A DNA stretch of 64,000 nt from Phoronis australis (taxonomy: Eukaryota > Animalia > Phoronida), in NCBI GenBank assembly GCA_002633005.1, contig NMRA01000639.1, positions 77,609 through 141,608 of the forward strand. The letters are read 5' to 3'. Shown one piece after another: positions 23,807 to 37,466 of this stretch (positions within the stretch are counted from its first letter, which is position 1; the number at the start of each line of letters is the position of its first letter). Both the position numbers and the translations under genes were made by a program. A model generated the notes under the pieces. That model worked only from the letters and a program-made list of their open reading frames with translations, did no database searches and was not told where the DNA came from.

Positions 23807-26800
23807 GGCGGAGAAACGTGATCATCCTTCTTGTTATAATTATGGTGGGAAATGTTAAGTTACTTAACAACTAAATATTCCAAGGAATTAGATCTGAAGA
23901 TGTCACTTTTACAGTTAGAGGCAAAGTTAGTCTGCGTATGTTCGCTGACCTTTTTATGCGTAGCAGAAAACCCATTATGCTCAAGGGATCGTGAGAAATT
24001 GCATGCTTCACAGCAGACGAAATTTCCAGTCACCAAATGGTGTCATTCCAGGCAGGTGACCACGTAAAGCAGTTTTCTGACTCATCGTCTGCTCATCACT
24101 GTGCCCAGATGTAGCGCCTTCTGGTGATTGTATTTTGAGGTTATTACCAAGAAAGAAAACTTGTCAGTCCTTTGTCTGCTCATGCTTGCGTCAAATGATT
24201 GATAACCGATCCCTATTCATAACGCAGACTTATAGACTCACTACATTTAATTTGTCAATCTAGCTTTTAACGTTGCTGTAATCTGTTACATTCCATAAAA
24301 TTCGCTGTTGCAATGTAAACTGAAATGTCACACAATTCATTACACACCTGCCATCTCAGTCTATTTGTGAAAAGGTTAGTGGACAGTTTCTTTCCTGTGG
24401 CATAGATCACCATTTTGTAGGTTTCATGTAAAAGTGACTCTGAGCGCTGAAAAAGCATGAAAGCTAGGGAAAATTTGTAAACATATTCGAAGACTAAAGT
24501 CTTAAAGAAGACTGTATGCCGTTGTGAATCTATTTTGTTATGAAATAGTAATTTTGTTAATGGTGACAGTTCTAAACCAGATTGTTGTCTTGCATCCTGT
24601 TTTTCAACTTTGGCAATTATCTCCCATGCTGCATGAGTATTAGCCAATTTGTAAATGTTTGGTTTGGTAATACTAGCACAGTACTAAAAGTGAATAAATT
24701 TTAGATAAAATGGCGTAGGTTGTAGTGGCGGCGACTAATTCTCTTTAACTATTAATATCTAATACTGCTTGCTTGCTTCAAAACCCTCCGGCGCAGACAA
24801 GAAGGGGCGCTGACAAAGTATTCTGTCTGTTTCATTGTTTACCTTTTGACCTACATTTGCATTGTTCTCCATTCTTATGAGTATTGTGAATGCTTATTAC
24901 TGTAAACATAAACCTATGTGATGAATGACTCATCCTAACTTTTGGATGGACACTAATGCGCATTTCTCACAATGTGTACTGTGTTATTTAATGGCTTGAC
25001 TGAATTTACTGTTGTGTGATTGGAATAATTAAGTGTATATTTTGGTGGTTTATGGTTCATTTATTATGTTTATTTTGAATGCTGTATTCAAGGGATTCAA
25101 CTTCTTCCATTCCCATTATTTTAGATATATTTTATGTAGTGTGAAACTGGGAGGTACGTTTTATTTTTATTCATTTTGGTTTTTGGTGCTTTGTTTAGAA
25201 CTGACATTATGTTGGCCTTTTACTTTAAAGTCATGTAATGGGAATGTTTTTCTTGATTGACCTGAAAATGGTCCTGGAGTGTTATGTTAACTTGAATCTT
25301 GACAAGAGATGGAGGACTGTGGTAAAAGTTTGCTTTCATGCATAGTTTTACTAGTTAACGTTTAGATTGTGATACGAGCTTAACTCAGTGTAAAATGGCA
25401 TTGCTTGAGTAAGCTAAAAGCAATGAATGACTAATAGTGAGTACCAGTAGCTATACTCCTCATGGGCTGCACGAGTGTTTCATTAAGAACATTCTTATCT
25501 TGTGAATACTTTTTTTCTCAAAACCTATGTTTCCATTCTTGTGTACTGTAGTTCGTTTTTTACGCATTCTTTTTCTCGTGAACCCGGTTCTTTCAAAACT
25601 CTAGCGTGAGGTACAAGACAGCACATGGCCGGTATTGTTTCACAACTATTTGCATGCCTACATTGAATACAATTGTGATTCACTAGCACGTTTGTGCAAT
25701 CCATGAGGAAACCGTCTGTAGATTGCTAAGAATTTGTTAAGTATGTGCTGTTAGTTCTGAGTGAAGAATTCTCTGTGCCAGGACTGGGTTGCATAAACTT
25801 CGAATTTATCCTTTGGTTAACATGTAGCTTTTCCTACTGGCCTTCAGTTGGGGACAGCTGCAAGGATGCATTTTTGTGCATCTTTTGTAAGATAAAGAGT
25901 TGCAAAGCAACTCCAAATTACTTAACAATTAATTGGAATAGATTCTGGGACTGAGTTGCTCAAAATTGAAATTTTATTGTGTTGTAAAATTTCATTGCTT
26001 AGGTGATGTCAAGCAACTGGTCCTGATTGGTTAATTGTTGACGAGTTTTGACGTCTGTGGTGTGTTCAACAAGGTACTGTGTTGTGAGTTTGACAAAACA
26101 CAAGCTGCAGTGTAATGCAGATCTTGTTTAATTTTGAAAGTTATGTAACTTTATTAGTGCGCAGTTTCAGTAGCATGGTGGACACTGCTCAATATGACGT
26201 CTGCTCCGGAATGTTGACTTACGGAACAAAATGATACGTTCCATCACATAAGTCAAAATTTCTCGCTACATAGGTCTCAAAAGACACTTGCCTTTAAGTG
26301 AGTGCAGTCCAGATGTATTTGTGAACACACCACTTTATCAAAGTGTGCAGTATTGTGTTTAGTTAGTGCTGCTACAGTGCTGGGCACACGCAACACTACG
26401 TCATGTAGCTTTTAACATGTGAATTGAAATTTACCTCAACTCTTAGTTATTACCAAAAAAATTGGTAAATTTTTGAGTATTTAAACTGTAACATTGTGTT
26501 AAGCCTCTGAAATTAAAAATGTGGCAATTGTAGCAATAATATTATTTTTGTCCAAAATTGAAGAATTTTTACCGTAATAATACTTATAACAAAATATGGC
26601 GATTCTTACAATGTTTCGACCATCATTCTGATCACACAAACACCATGTATTGCCAAATATAATAAACGGTGAGGCTTATCGACTTATTAAGTGTTATCTA
26701 CATCACTGCGAGAATCCTTATATGACGTTATATTCAGACCCCTATTCAATACCACAGCTTTCGCTCTTACATTGTTTGCTATGTGTTCTCGCAGTGATGA

Positions 26801-27475
26801 CATATGCCACAAAAAAGCTACGTCATGTCTCATTCGATGTGTCTACATATGATGAATTTTATTTTGCTGCTGAAGTATTGCAGGGAGTGGATAGCCCAGT
26901 ACAAATAAACCAACAAAAATTCTGTTGAAGGGAGACTTAGGTTGGTGGTGGCGTTAGTGTATTCAAATATACCAGTGAGAGCAAAACAGAGGTCACTACT
27001 TTGACCAAATTCAATTTTGTTCGGGATACAAGATTTTAAGTTGTCCACTGCGTCTAAATCAAGTATTGGATTATAAATTGTATTTAATAAATTAGGATAA
27101 CGAAACAGGAGTTATTCTGATGCACCAGAAACTGAATTTGTTGAACTACGTACTGTTAATGTTAAAATAAATTCTTGGCAAATTCTGTGCGCCTTGTATC
27201 AAAACATCAGATATCTTGCACACCGATTTGTTCTCTTAGAGTAACACCGTACAAATGCAACAGTTAGGGACCCATGGAAAGCAGTGTGAACTGATGGGGC
27301 TACCCTCATTGTAAATATTGCATTTATTTTATAAATAAATAAATAAAGTTGCCAGATTAAGACAATGCATTTACAAGACACTATGAATCTCATACCATAA
27401 GGAACTGTCAGTTGTTAAAAAGCCTCGTACTAGTCTCTAATCTGACAGTAAGGAACAAGAAAGACCAGATTCCTA

Positions 27476-27907
27476 CTGGGATTTTCCAAAGATAAGCCCA
27501 CCCGATGAAATGCCCATGGGCGTTTATTCAGAAAATTATGCCGAAAAAACGCCCGTGGAGATTTATTTGGTGTTAAAACTTCTGGTGTCAAGTGTCCAGA
27601 TAGTGGGGCGTTCATTCAAAAAAATTTCCTCTTAAAAGCCCAGTCAGTATCAACATTTGTCACAGATTCATTTTTTGGAGATTTTACAATTATAAAAATG
27701 AACAAGATGTTGGCTAACTGTGCACTTATTAGCATAAACTTTAAAAAGTTTTAAGTAAAAAATGTCAGTCAGCAAAACTGTGACTTTCCATTTACACGCC
27801 TCCCTTTTTCAAATACATATCTGGGCCTTCATTTTGTGTCACTAAAATGCCTGAAATTTTTCATTCTCCGAATACACACCCACGGGCTTATCTATGGAAA
27901 ATCCCGG
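27476..27907. mobile_element. Tc1/mariner (pogo/Tigger-like) MITE
   Basis: TA|CTGGGATTTTCCAAAGATAAGCCC ... GGGCTTATCTATGGAAAATCCCGG|TA; ~24-bp TIRs with TA flanks. Confidence 0.75.
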
Positions 27908-30143
27908 TAGCAGTAAGTGCCCCAAATCGTAACTTTTTTATATGAGGCTGGTTTAATAGATACTTTGGATTCCCTTAAAGTGAATAAGAGGCTAAACTTT
28001 TCAGAACTGAATGTCCAGGCTTTGAGAATATGAGTGTTAGTACTTGTAATCTTTCAATAGAATTGATAGGGGATAATGCTTAGCAAGACACCAACTCGCC
28101 ACATGCAACTTGACAGAAATCCCAGGTCACCAAATGAAAATGGAGGTCGACAAAAACACCTTCGTGCTGCCCTGGTGGATCTTGGCTCGTGTTGAGCAAA
28201 AACAAGATGTCCACTTGACGCTGATTTTACACTCATATTTCGCATAATATGTTGATCCTTTTTTGTGCGTTTACTCGCATGTGCCAAGATGTGTGGTTAC
28301 TACTTGCAAAGCTGTGGCGAATTGGGATTTTTGTCAAGTCATCAAACGCAATCTGAAGTCACTAGTTCTCTTCCATTTGAAATTAATTGTTATTAAAGAA
28401 CTATTTGGTATAACATCAACCTAGATATTTGTAGTTGAAACTTGTACACAAATAACAGCAGATACATTGTGCCCTTAGTATAATAAATACTTGGACTAAA
28501 TGTCATTTCATACAGTAATAACAACAAAAACAAAAAAATTCAGTTCTTGTAGCTAAGCAAACACAATGATTGCCGTGACACATGACTATCATCAGACATT
28601 ATCCTAATACACAGCTCCGCACAGAACTCTGAACAGACTGATAAGTCATGGAATAGCCAGAAGAGAGAAATTAAAATATTTTGGCACATTAAATCATTCC
28701 TGTAAAAAAAAGAAACGTTCACTTCATGTCCCATTCCATGCTACCTGACAAGAAACAAAACCTGCTAATTCCAAACTAAGGCACTACTACGAAGACTGAT
28801 CCAGGTTCACTTGCGTGTGAACCAGAACAATTGCCAGATTAGCCATGACTTCAATCAGCAACTCGATGACATGAGGTAGATAATTAGCTGGTGTATTGGT
28901 GTTTGTAATGCTGAACAAAAACTTGTAGCAGTATTTTGTAATACTGGACAAAAATGAGCACCAACGATTGAGATGCTTGCCAAAAGACTGCTGGGAATAG
29001 CTAACAATAGTTAACAATCGATATCTGCATTCAAAAAGCTCTTTCCGTCTGTAGTTGAAACTGAACATGAGATTTTTGTAATGTAGCCTACCATACACAA
29101 AGATATGCCCATTTAAACATAAGTATCATTACATTTCCTTACACAACTCTGTATAAAACTATAGATATCTGACAGTAGTATTGGAGTTGTCATGAGAATC
29201 AGAAAAAAAATGTTTTGGCATGTACATTGTGCCAACTCTTTTAAGTCAAAAACAATACTAAATAAAAACGACATTTCACGACAGCCTGCTGTGTTACAAC
29301 ACACCAATTAAAAACTCACTAGTAAATGATCTCATCCAATTGGCGAGTCAAATATTACAGGCGAATTTCACGAGACACAGTTACCGCCTTGGGGCGCATA
29401 GTACAAAATCATAAATACCAGAGAGTATTGACCTAAGTCACATGACGCTTATGACATATGACCTAACCATCATTCTGAAGATGTCCGCAGTCAGACGGTC
29501 AAAAACGTTCAATCTATTGCCAGTACCCAATTGTGTCTCGTGAAACTTTCCCCGACAAAAACTAATCTCTTTTTCCAATTGTTGCATAAATCGACACCTG
29601 ATACCAAGATGCGACTGTCGCCACTAGTAAGACCTTACCATAGTCGGACAAAAAGCGAGATTGATTTTGTCTCACTTCTCTTAGTGTCCCTGGTTTTGAA
29701 AGGCTGCATGCAGGTGTTCCACAGCAGTGATATATACTTAGCCTAAGTTAATATGTGAGGTTATCCAACAAGGTGGAGATTTTATCCTACTTCGCTGTTC
29801 AGTTTAGAAACCTACAAATGGTCTATTGGAGAGTCTCTCAATTAACTTAATAAGATGTTAATTGTAAACGAAACATTGTTTTCAACTGAACATGTCTTAA
29901 ACAGAGAGGACAGATAACAAATTAAAGGGATATATCCCTGTCAATATAACTTAAACAATCTTTAATAAAAAACTAAGCAGTCATGTAGTAAAATTCAATA
30001 CCAGAACTGGTAAACTGAAATACGATTTCTTTGACGAGTGGTAAGGACATCCATGACTCGGCTCGAGGATTTTCCTTAATGAGAGAGAACTCCAAAATCC
30101 ACCACTTCCAGGACCTGTCAATGAATACAAATGTGAAGAATGA

Positions 30144-31990
30144 TTAACTGGCTGACTTCACATCCAGTGTGCCGCAAGACGATGACTCGTGATGTTGAAC
30201 TAACATCCCTTTCGTATTGAATTCCTTCTTACATACTTTGCACTGGAACTTATGTGCCAGTTTACTGTGCTGAATAAAGGAGTTGATGTTCACAAACTCT
30301 TGGTTGCACACAGAGCATTGGAAGGGCTTCTCTCCGGGATGGTCCTCCAGCCAGTGTTGAGAGATGCTTTGTGTCACCTGTTTCCCACACCGATCACACT
30401 TGTTTGCGTACTCCCCGTGACTTGCCTGGTGATACACGAGATGGCCCTTGGTATCAAACACTCGCTCGCAAATGCCACACTTGTACGGCTTCTCTTCCAT
30501 ATGGGTTTTGTAGTGAGTTAACAACTGGGAGTGTTCAGTGAATCTCTCACCACACTCAGTGCACATGTACTCATTACTACTGCCGTGAAGCTGTTTGTGA
30601 AGCGACAGGATGCGTTGGTCCGTGAATGTTTTCGCACACACGTCGCACGCAAAAAGCCTCTCACGTGTGTCCCCATGCATCTTATGGTGGCTGATGAAAC
30701 TGGAGATGTTGTCGAACTCCATGCTGCAAGTGTTGCACTGATAGGGACGCTGTCCCTTGTGCTCCTTCTCCCAGTGTGTTGCCAAGCCGCTGCCATCAGC
30801 GCTGGGAAATAACTTATTGCACACTGTACACAGCTGTGGCTTCTTTTCAGAGTGAGTGACACGGTGCCGATTTAACGTGCCTTTTGTCGCAAAACTTTTC
30901 CCGCACTTTGAACATGAGAATGGTCTCTCTCCAGTGTGAGTTCTGATGTGCACCTGTAAGCGGCTATGACTGGCAAAGTCTTTAGGACAAAGCTTACATT
31001 TGTACGGCCGCGCTGCTGTGTGAGAACGTAAATGCCTGGAATATTGTGAGCGTTTTCTGAAAGATTTGCCACAATTGAAGTCACAAACATATAAGAGAGT
31101 ACTATTATGTAAACCTTGACCATCACTGGCCTCAGAACACTGGCTATTTGTTTTCGTTTTTTCTAACGATTCTCCATATAAGTAATTTTCAGAGTTTTCC
31201 AGCTTGGGCTCTAAATTAATCTCCATTAAACCCTCTCCAACACACGTATCTGGGCTAACATGTTGTTCTGATGTATCCAAACTTAATTTACATCTTTTAG
31301 GAGTATCAGTAAAATGAATTCCCTCCTCACTCTGAAGGTCATTAAAACCACATAACGTTTGGTCAGAATCTGAAAATACTTGATCATATCCTTCTTTTTT
31401 AACAATAAAATTCAAATGAGCACCTGAACATGATATGTTCCCACCACTTTCGCTCGATCTCAATGTTGCTTCATGAAAATCCAAATTGCTCGATTCTTGC
31501 TTGACATCTATAACTATGCCTGGGTTGCAGCCACCAAAATGACCATTGCTTTCATTTGAGTTCTCCGCTGCCTGTTCATAGATGGAATATGTAGTGTCAA
31601 AAGGTTCCTGCTTTATAAGAACAGTGTTCATACATCCGCAACCGTTCTCTTCAGTCTCATCTCTAGCACTTTCTTCTGACTGTGCGAAGCACAGACCTTC
31701 AGGGTTAACATCTTGATTTGAAAACTGATCACCATTGAAGTTGTGTGTCTCTGTCACACCTTGTTCAACCACGCTGATGTCACACACAGTGACCTGGTAC
31801 ACGGGCTGAACATCACAGTCACCTAATGCATGATTTTCATTCGAAACACTCCAAAGGAACTTAGGATGAGGCGGGGCTTCCCAATCCGTATCTCCACCAT
31901 CTGCAGGAGTATCAGAATCATCATCTCCATCAGAGTCGAGCTGCTTTGTTATTGAGTAGGACACATCCTCACAAACATCCATCTCTTTGA
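30144..31990 (-). CDS. C2H2 zinc-finger protein, main exon (acidic N-terminal region plus 11 fingers)
   Basis: Long ORF with C-x2-C-x12-H-x3-H fingers and a TGERPF linker; acceptor tttacag at 31991-31997 on the - strand; alternative start ATG at 31982. Confidence 0.95.
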
Positions 31991-32385
31991 CTGTAAAATT
32001 CAAAGCATCATGATTTAAGACATAAATCCATTTTTCATGCACAGAGAGATTGCTTAGGAGGTATTAATAATAATCAATAACATATAAAAGTTAGTTCTGG
32101 GGCAACAAATGACAGATTAGATTGTGACAATTCTGCACAAAAATAATTATTACTCTTTTTCACTTTTCTATGCCCAGTTTTCAAAATATTGTTCCATGGT
32201 AACCATGAAAACGGAAAAGCATTACTTACTTTAGTGTAACATATCTCTCAAGAAAATAATGAAAAAATATAATATCACCTTTCGGTCAAATTACGTCATA
32301 AGCTGGTGAGACTTTGATGCACAATAGACGACAAGGTAAACAAATGCATGTTTGACAAATATGTACAACAACATATGTCCTCAAG

Positions 32386-33351
32386 TGTAACACTGCACAA
32401 AATGTTGTGACGCTGCACACAATGTTGTAACGCTGCACACAATGTTGTAACGCTGCACACAATTTGTAAGGCTTCACACAATGTTGTAACACTGCACACA
32501 ATGTTGTAAGACTGCACACAATGTTGTAACACTGCACACAATGTTGTAAGACTGCACACAATGTTGTAACGCTGCACACATTGTTGTAACGCTGCACACA
32601 ATGCTGTAACGCTGCACACAATGCTGTAACGCTGCACACAATGTTGTAAAACTTCCAACAATGTTGTAACACTTCCCACAATGTTGAAACACTGTACACA
32701 ATGTTGTAGCACTGTACACAATGTTGTAACACTGCACACAATGTTGTAACACCGTACACAATGTTGTAACGCTAAACACAATGTTGTAACGATGGACACA
32801 ATGTTGTAACGCTGCAAACAATGTTGTAACGCTGTACACAATGTTGTAACGCTGCACACAATGTTGTAACGCTGCACACAATGTTGTAAAACTTTCCACA
32901 ATTTTGTAACACTTCCCACAATGTTGTAGCACTGTACACAATGTTGTAGCACTGCACACAATGTTGTAACGCTGCACAGTGTTGTAACGCTGCACACAAT
33001 GTTGAAACATTGCACACAGTGTTGTAACGCTGCACACAGTGTTGTAACGCTGCACACAATGTTGAAACGTTTAACACAGTGTTGTAACGCTGCACACAAT
33101 GTTGTAACGCTGCACACAGTGTTGTAACGCTGCACACAATGTTGTAACGCTGCACACAGTGTTGTAACGCTGCACACAATGCTGTAACACTTCCCACAAT
33201 GTTGTAACACTTCCCACAATGCTGTAACACTGCACACAATGCAGTAACACTGCACACATTGCTGTAACACTGCACACAATGCAGTAACACTGCACAAAAT
33301 GCTGTAACACTGCACACAATGCTGTAACACTGCACACAATGTTGTAACACA
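32386..33351. repeat. 20-bp minisatellite (CACAATGTTGTAACGCTGCA, ~48 units) in the zinc-finger gene intron
   Basis: Visible tandem array with point variants and occasional 18-19 bp units; generates the spurious CAVLQHCVQ ORFs. Confidence 0.97.
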
Positions 33352-34664
33352 TTACACATTATTGCAGGTGATCTGGTATTTTTTCTTTTACCATGACCAC
33401 AAAACAAAACTTTCACTATTGTCATCCATGCCATATAAAATCTGAATGTGATAATATGGGGATTTTATTTCATAAGAACAAAAGCACTTTTGATAGTGAT
33501 AATACATTCTTCCTGTCTACACATAAAGTAATGGTGAGATTGTTTAATTCACACAATAATGCAGATATGCAGAAATGCAGAAACAACAATAAGAATTTCC
33601 TGCAATATCGTGATCAGAAAATTTAGTGACAAAAATAAATAAATTACATATGTGTGAAAGCCAGGAGTTGGCAGTCAACATAAAACACAAAACATTAAGC
33701 TGAAAATTTCTGGCAAGGAGAATTCATTTGAGTTCTAATGCCCAGTTGGCTAAGAGCACTAAAATCACTTTGCCTAAAATTTCAACTCTGGTTTTAATAG
33801 ATTTCATAACACAGTGTGATTTTATACAAAACAAGCACGCTAGAACTTTTGGTCGTGGCTATACACAATGGAATTACACATAGGAAAAACACAGAATAGG
33901 ATCCCACTAAACTGGTCGGTGGAAAATATCATTCATTATTTTACTTTTAAAATGTGTGCATTTTCAACAGGGATGAGAAAAGATAGTAGAATGAGATACA
34001 TCCACACTGACTGTTGTTGAAAAATTTACTTGATGCGCCCACAGACAAAGTTGCTAGTGCAGCAACTCACGGTCTCAATTCTCAAAAAAATTGTTCATGC
34101 ATGTATACAATCTCATCAGGTAAAACAATTTTAACTTCCTGGTTCCAATGACCCTCTCAGAATGAGAATACAGGGTGTCCAAAAATGTTCACAAAAACAT
34201 ATCAAGAGTGCTCAGAAATCATGGTTTTACTGGGAACTAGTGGCCATTTTCTTTATCCTTGAAGCAATTAAATTGTGTTACACATGCAGGAGTTGCCACA
34301 ATTGACTAATTAATGAGGAAAAAATCTTTAATTTTATTGCCACCAAACGCAGCCAGCTCTGGTTGTTTCAGTCCAGATATCAAAGGATTTTTCAACACGA
34401 TGCGCCAAAGCAAAAGAAATGTTTCTATGAAACTTGTGCTTGATTTGATCATAGGACGCAGTACTCGAGAGAGAAGTGTTCATTATAGATGCTGCGACTC
34501 GTATTGGAATCTGGCCCGTATTGGAATGACATCATCATTCCAATACGGGAAGTAGTGACATTATGGCAGGCCTACGTGTAACATGCGAAAGTTGTAAGAG
34601 TGCGCTGTGCAGAGCTTGCATCTCAACTGGAGAAAATGTCTGTGCCTTGAAAGCTGACGCATAC

Positions 34665-34748
34665 CACAGGCACCTTTAAGTAGCCCTCTACAATTATAAT
34701 ATAATATTATAATATTGTAGAGGGCTACTTGAACTAAAGGTGCCTGTG
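34665..34748. repeat. Palindrome with an AT-only centre
   Basis: cacaggcacctttaagtagccctctacaat ... attgtagagggctactt(gaac)taaaggtgcctgtg. Confidence 0.9.
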
Positions 34749-35440
34749 CGCATACGATAGCTTCACAACTTAAGCACTGTAGAATGCCCATTTCTCTCTA
34801 AAACCGGTAAATAATTTAGTTTACTCAAGGAAGAGTGTAGTTTTTAGGAAGAGTGTAGTTTTTAATGACACTAATCTAAATGATTCTGTGACTTTTTGTG
34901 TCAGATTTTATTTGGTCATTTTTTTTACCCATGCACCCACATCGGCGCAAAGCTAAGGTCAGGAGTTCTGTATAAAACAAAAATCTCAATATCTTCAAAA
35001 CTGCAACTTACAAGGATGATGTATTCCAATCAGTCGGTTAGTTGTAAAAACTGCGACACGGGTTTTATTTCTTGATGTAGTCTGCGAACAATGCTCGTTC
35101 TTCACTTATCTCTCTTGTCGTTGTCGAACAGTTTTCTGATCTCCATCACCGAAGAACATTGCTGCGCCACCTCCCGGCACTGCAATACAATTTTTAATTT
35201 CGCCGCTTTGGAAGTCAATATTGAATTCCCATCTGAAATGACTTGGGGTCCAAAACATTACCGGTACCATACTAATCCAAACTTGAATTTTTACCAAATG
35301 AGCCGGCAACTCAGACACTGCTGAATGCGCCATTAGCCGGGCGGGATCACGGCGTGTCGGGCCCGACCATGACGGCGGCCCATGCAGTCACATGCGGGGC
35401 TTCTCAAAAGTTCAGTTTTGCTGGTTTTGATGTTGTTTTT

Positions 35441-35984
35441 CAGTGGCGGATCTAGGATATCACAAGGGGGGAGCCAACATTTTGTCCGGCTGCAAGCATT
35501 TGCGCAAAGTGAACCATGATTGTAGATGCGCATAGCACCGAATGGGGAGAGTTTCTGAGTGATTCACTAAGGCTTCGATTAAAATTCACATCTTACCAGC
35601 AGCTTCTGTTTTTTCATCGTCAGTCAGGTTCCATTTTCTTTAAAAAATGAAGTAAATTTTCTTCATTGCACAGTGGAGCAGACGACGGAAAAGTTGTAGT
35701 AGTGCGCAGCGCCACTGCCGGTCGCCTGGGATATCGCGGGAGAGCCTATACTTAGCCATAGTTCCGTTACGAATGCGCCGTGTTCTGAATTTGACACTTG
35801 AAATTGGATTTGAGCCCCCCCGCAACACTAAAACTGCACACATTTAAATCTTTTTTCATACGTATAATTTTAATTACCGGGGTTAATTAATAAACTCAAC
35901 ATTTCCCTACGCTCTTACTGTTGTTTTATTTTTTGCGGCAGCCAAGGGGGGGGGGGCCGGGCCCCCTCCCTAAATCCGCCTATG
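35441..35984. mobile_element. MITE with CAGTGGCGGATCTAGG...CCTAAATCCGCCTATG ends (hAT-like)
   Basis: Imperfect TIRs next to G/C runs; same end family at 53198-53486 and 55577-55914. Confidence 0.65.
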
Positions 35985-36972
35985 TTGTTGGTAACATAAA
36001 TATAATCATATCCCAATGCTATTAGACCGACTTCATGAGAGTAAGAGACCTAATTGGCGATTCGTTTTTTCGCACGATAAAATGGCAAGGAGAACTGCGC
36101 AGTTTTAAAAAAGAACGGGCCTGTGACCTGACAGACGGAAGACCCCGGCGGCCCCACTAATTGAGGTAACAAGAATACACGTGCTGTAAACATCCCCCGA
36201 GGATAAGGACCGATTTGGAAAAAGCTTTTAAATTTCACCAACGTCACGTACAAAGCCAGCTGGGCCAGTTTTAGCCATATTCCAGTGACTAGGGCGGAGC
36301 TTCAAGTTGTCTTCACTTTTTAGTGATAATAGAGCCGTGACCCCGACCCCCGGCCTGCCGGTGTCAAGGTCACAATACTGTGAACCGGGTAATTATTGTT
36401 TCTCAGTTATCAGATCATATCTGAAAGGAAGGCTTAGTGAAAGCATTCAAGCTCTAGTTTTCCATTTTCTTTTTGGGACATGGTGACCGAATACCATAAA
36501 TTATGAATAGAGGACTGAATAAAAATAAGACTGTGTGGGTTATTTTCAAAACTGGTCGGCGGAGTCATGAATAGCGGGATTTTGTCAACAAAAAGCCCAA
36601 GACTTGAGATATTCATTGGAGAGTAGTATCTCACGATTAAAGGCGGGGAAATGTTCACAACATATACAACAGAATTAGGAAAAACGACACATGAACAAAA
36701 AAAATCACACCCACAATTTGTAATTGAACATGAATGATGTTGGAACTGTTAAAAGTATTTTTTGTTTTTTTTTTAAACCGGCACTACAATGATCATCCGA
36801 GTCAGCAGATCGAAAAGTACCTCGTAATAATTTGACATAATATATTCTGCCCACACTACAGCGACACACGTCGGACAATTATATTTTCTCGTGCACTGAG
36901 CTTGGTGTGAACAGAAATATATGTCCCACACGTAGAATATACCCCAGTCTGTGGGTAGACCTAAACACTCAC

Positions 36973-37051
36973 CTACAGTTACAGCACGATACACCAAAGC
37001 TTTCTGAAAATCCCGCCGACGCGTTTCAACTGCTTGTTGAATCTGTCTCAT
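36973..37051 (-). CDS. Probable first coding exon of the zinc-finger gene
   Basis: MRQIQQAVETRRRDFQKALVYRAVTV then g|GTGAGT donor. Phase 1 matches the acceptor at 31990 and gives a 641-aa product. Could instead be 5' UTR. Confidence 0.55.
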
Positions 37052-37116
37052 GTATGCAAATGTCTAAACTAATGGTGTGGTAACGTATTCAGCAGTCGGA
37101 TGCCATTTCTTTTTGT

Positions 37117-37466
37117 ACTTCCGGTTAAAGTGGCAAAGAACGCGAAAAACAGACTAAATTACATTATTCAAAGTGGTTGCCTGCCACTGAAGCAGAAGTC
37201 AAACTGTTTGCCAGGTATTTTCACTATTTATTCGTAAACATTTTGAACTTCTGTTGATGTCAAAGCATTTTCAAATTTCTATAAAAGTGATCTGACAACT
37301 GCTCGTTACTTCGACGATTTAAGCCTTTAGTCGCCTTATTTGATATGACAAGACATAGACGTACCACGTTTCCCATGGAAAATGTGGCCTTTGACTTTTG
37401 AAGTAAACTAAACAATGGCGATTTCAAGCAACAGCCAGTCCAATTTCTTTGAGCGCATGTGCGCAT
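37117..37466 (-). promoter_or_regulatory. Putative housekeeping-type promoter of the zinc-finger gene
   Basis: ETS motif ACCGGAAGT (37117-37125, - strand) and NRF1-like GCGCATGTGCGC (~37453-37464) upstream of the putative first exon. Confidence 0.4.

Noticed and set aside
32286-33434. Five long Cys/Val/Gln-rich ORFs (up to 347 aa)
   Set aside because: They are translations of the 20-bp minisatellite in all frames, with no unique coding sequence.
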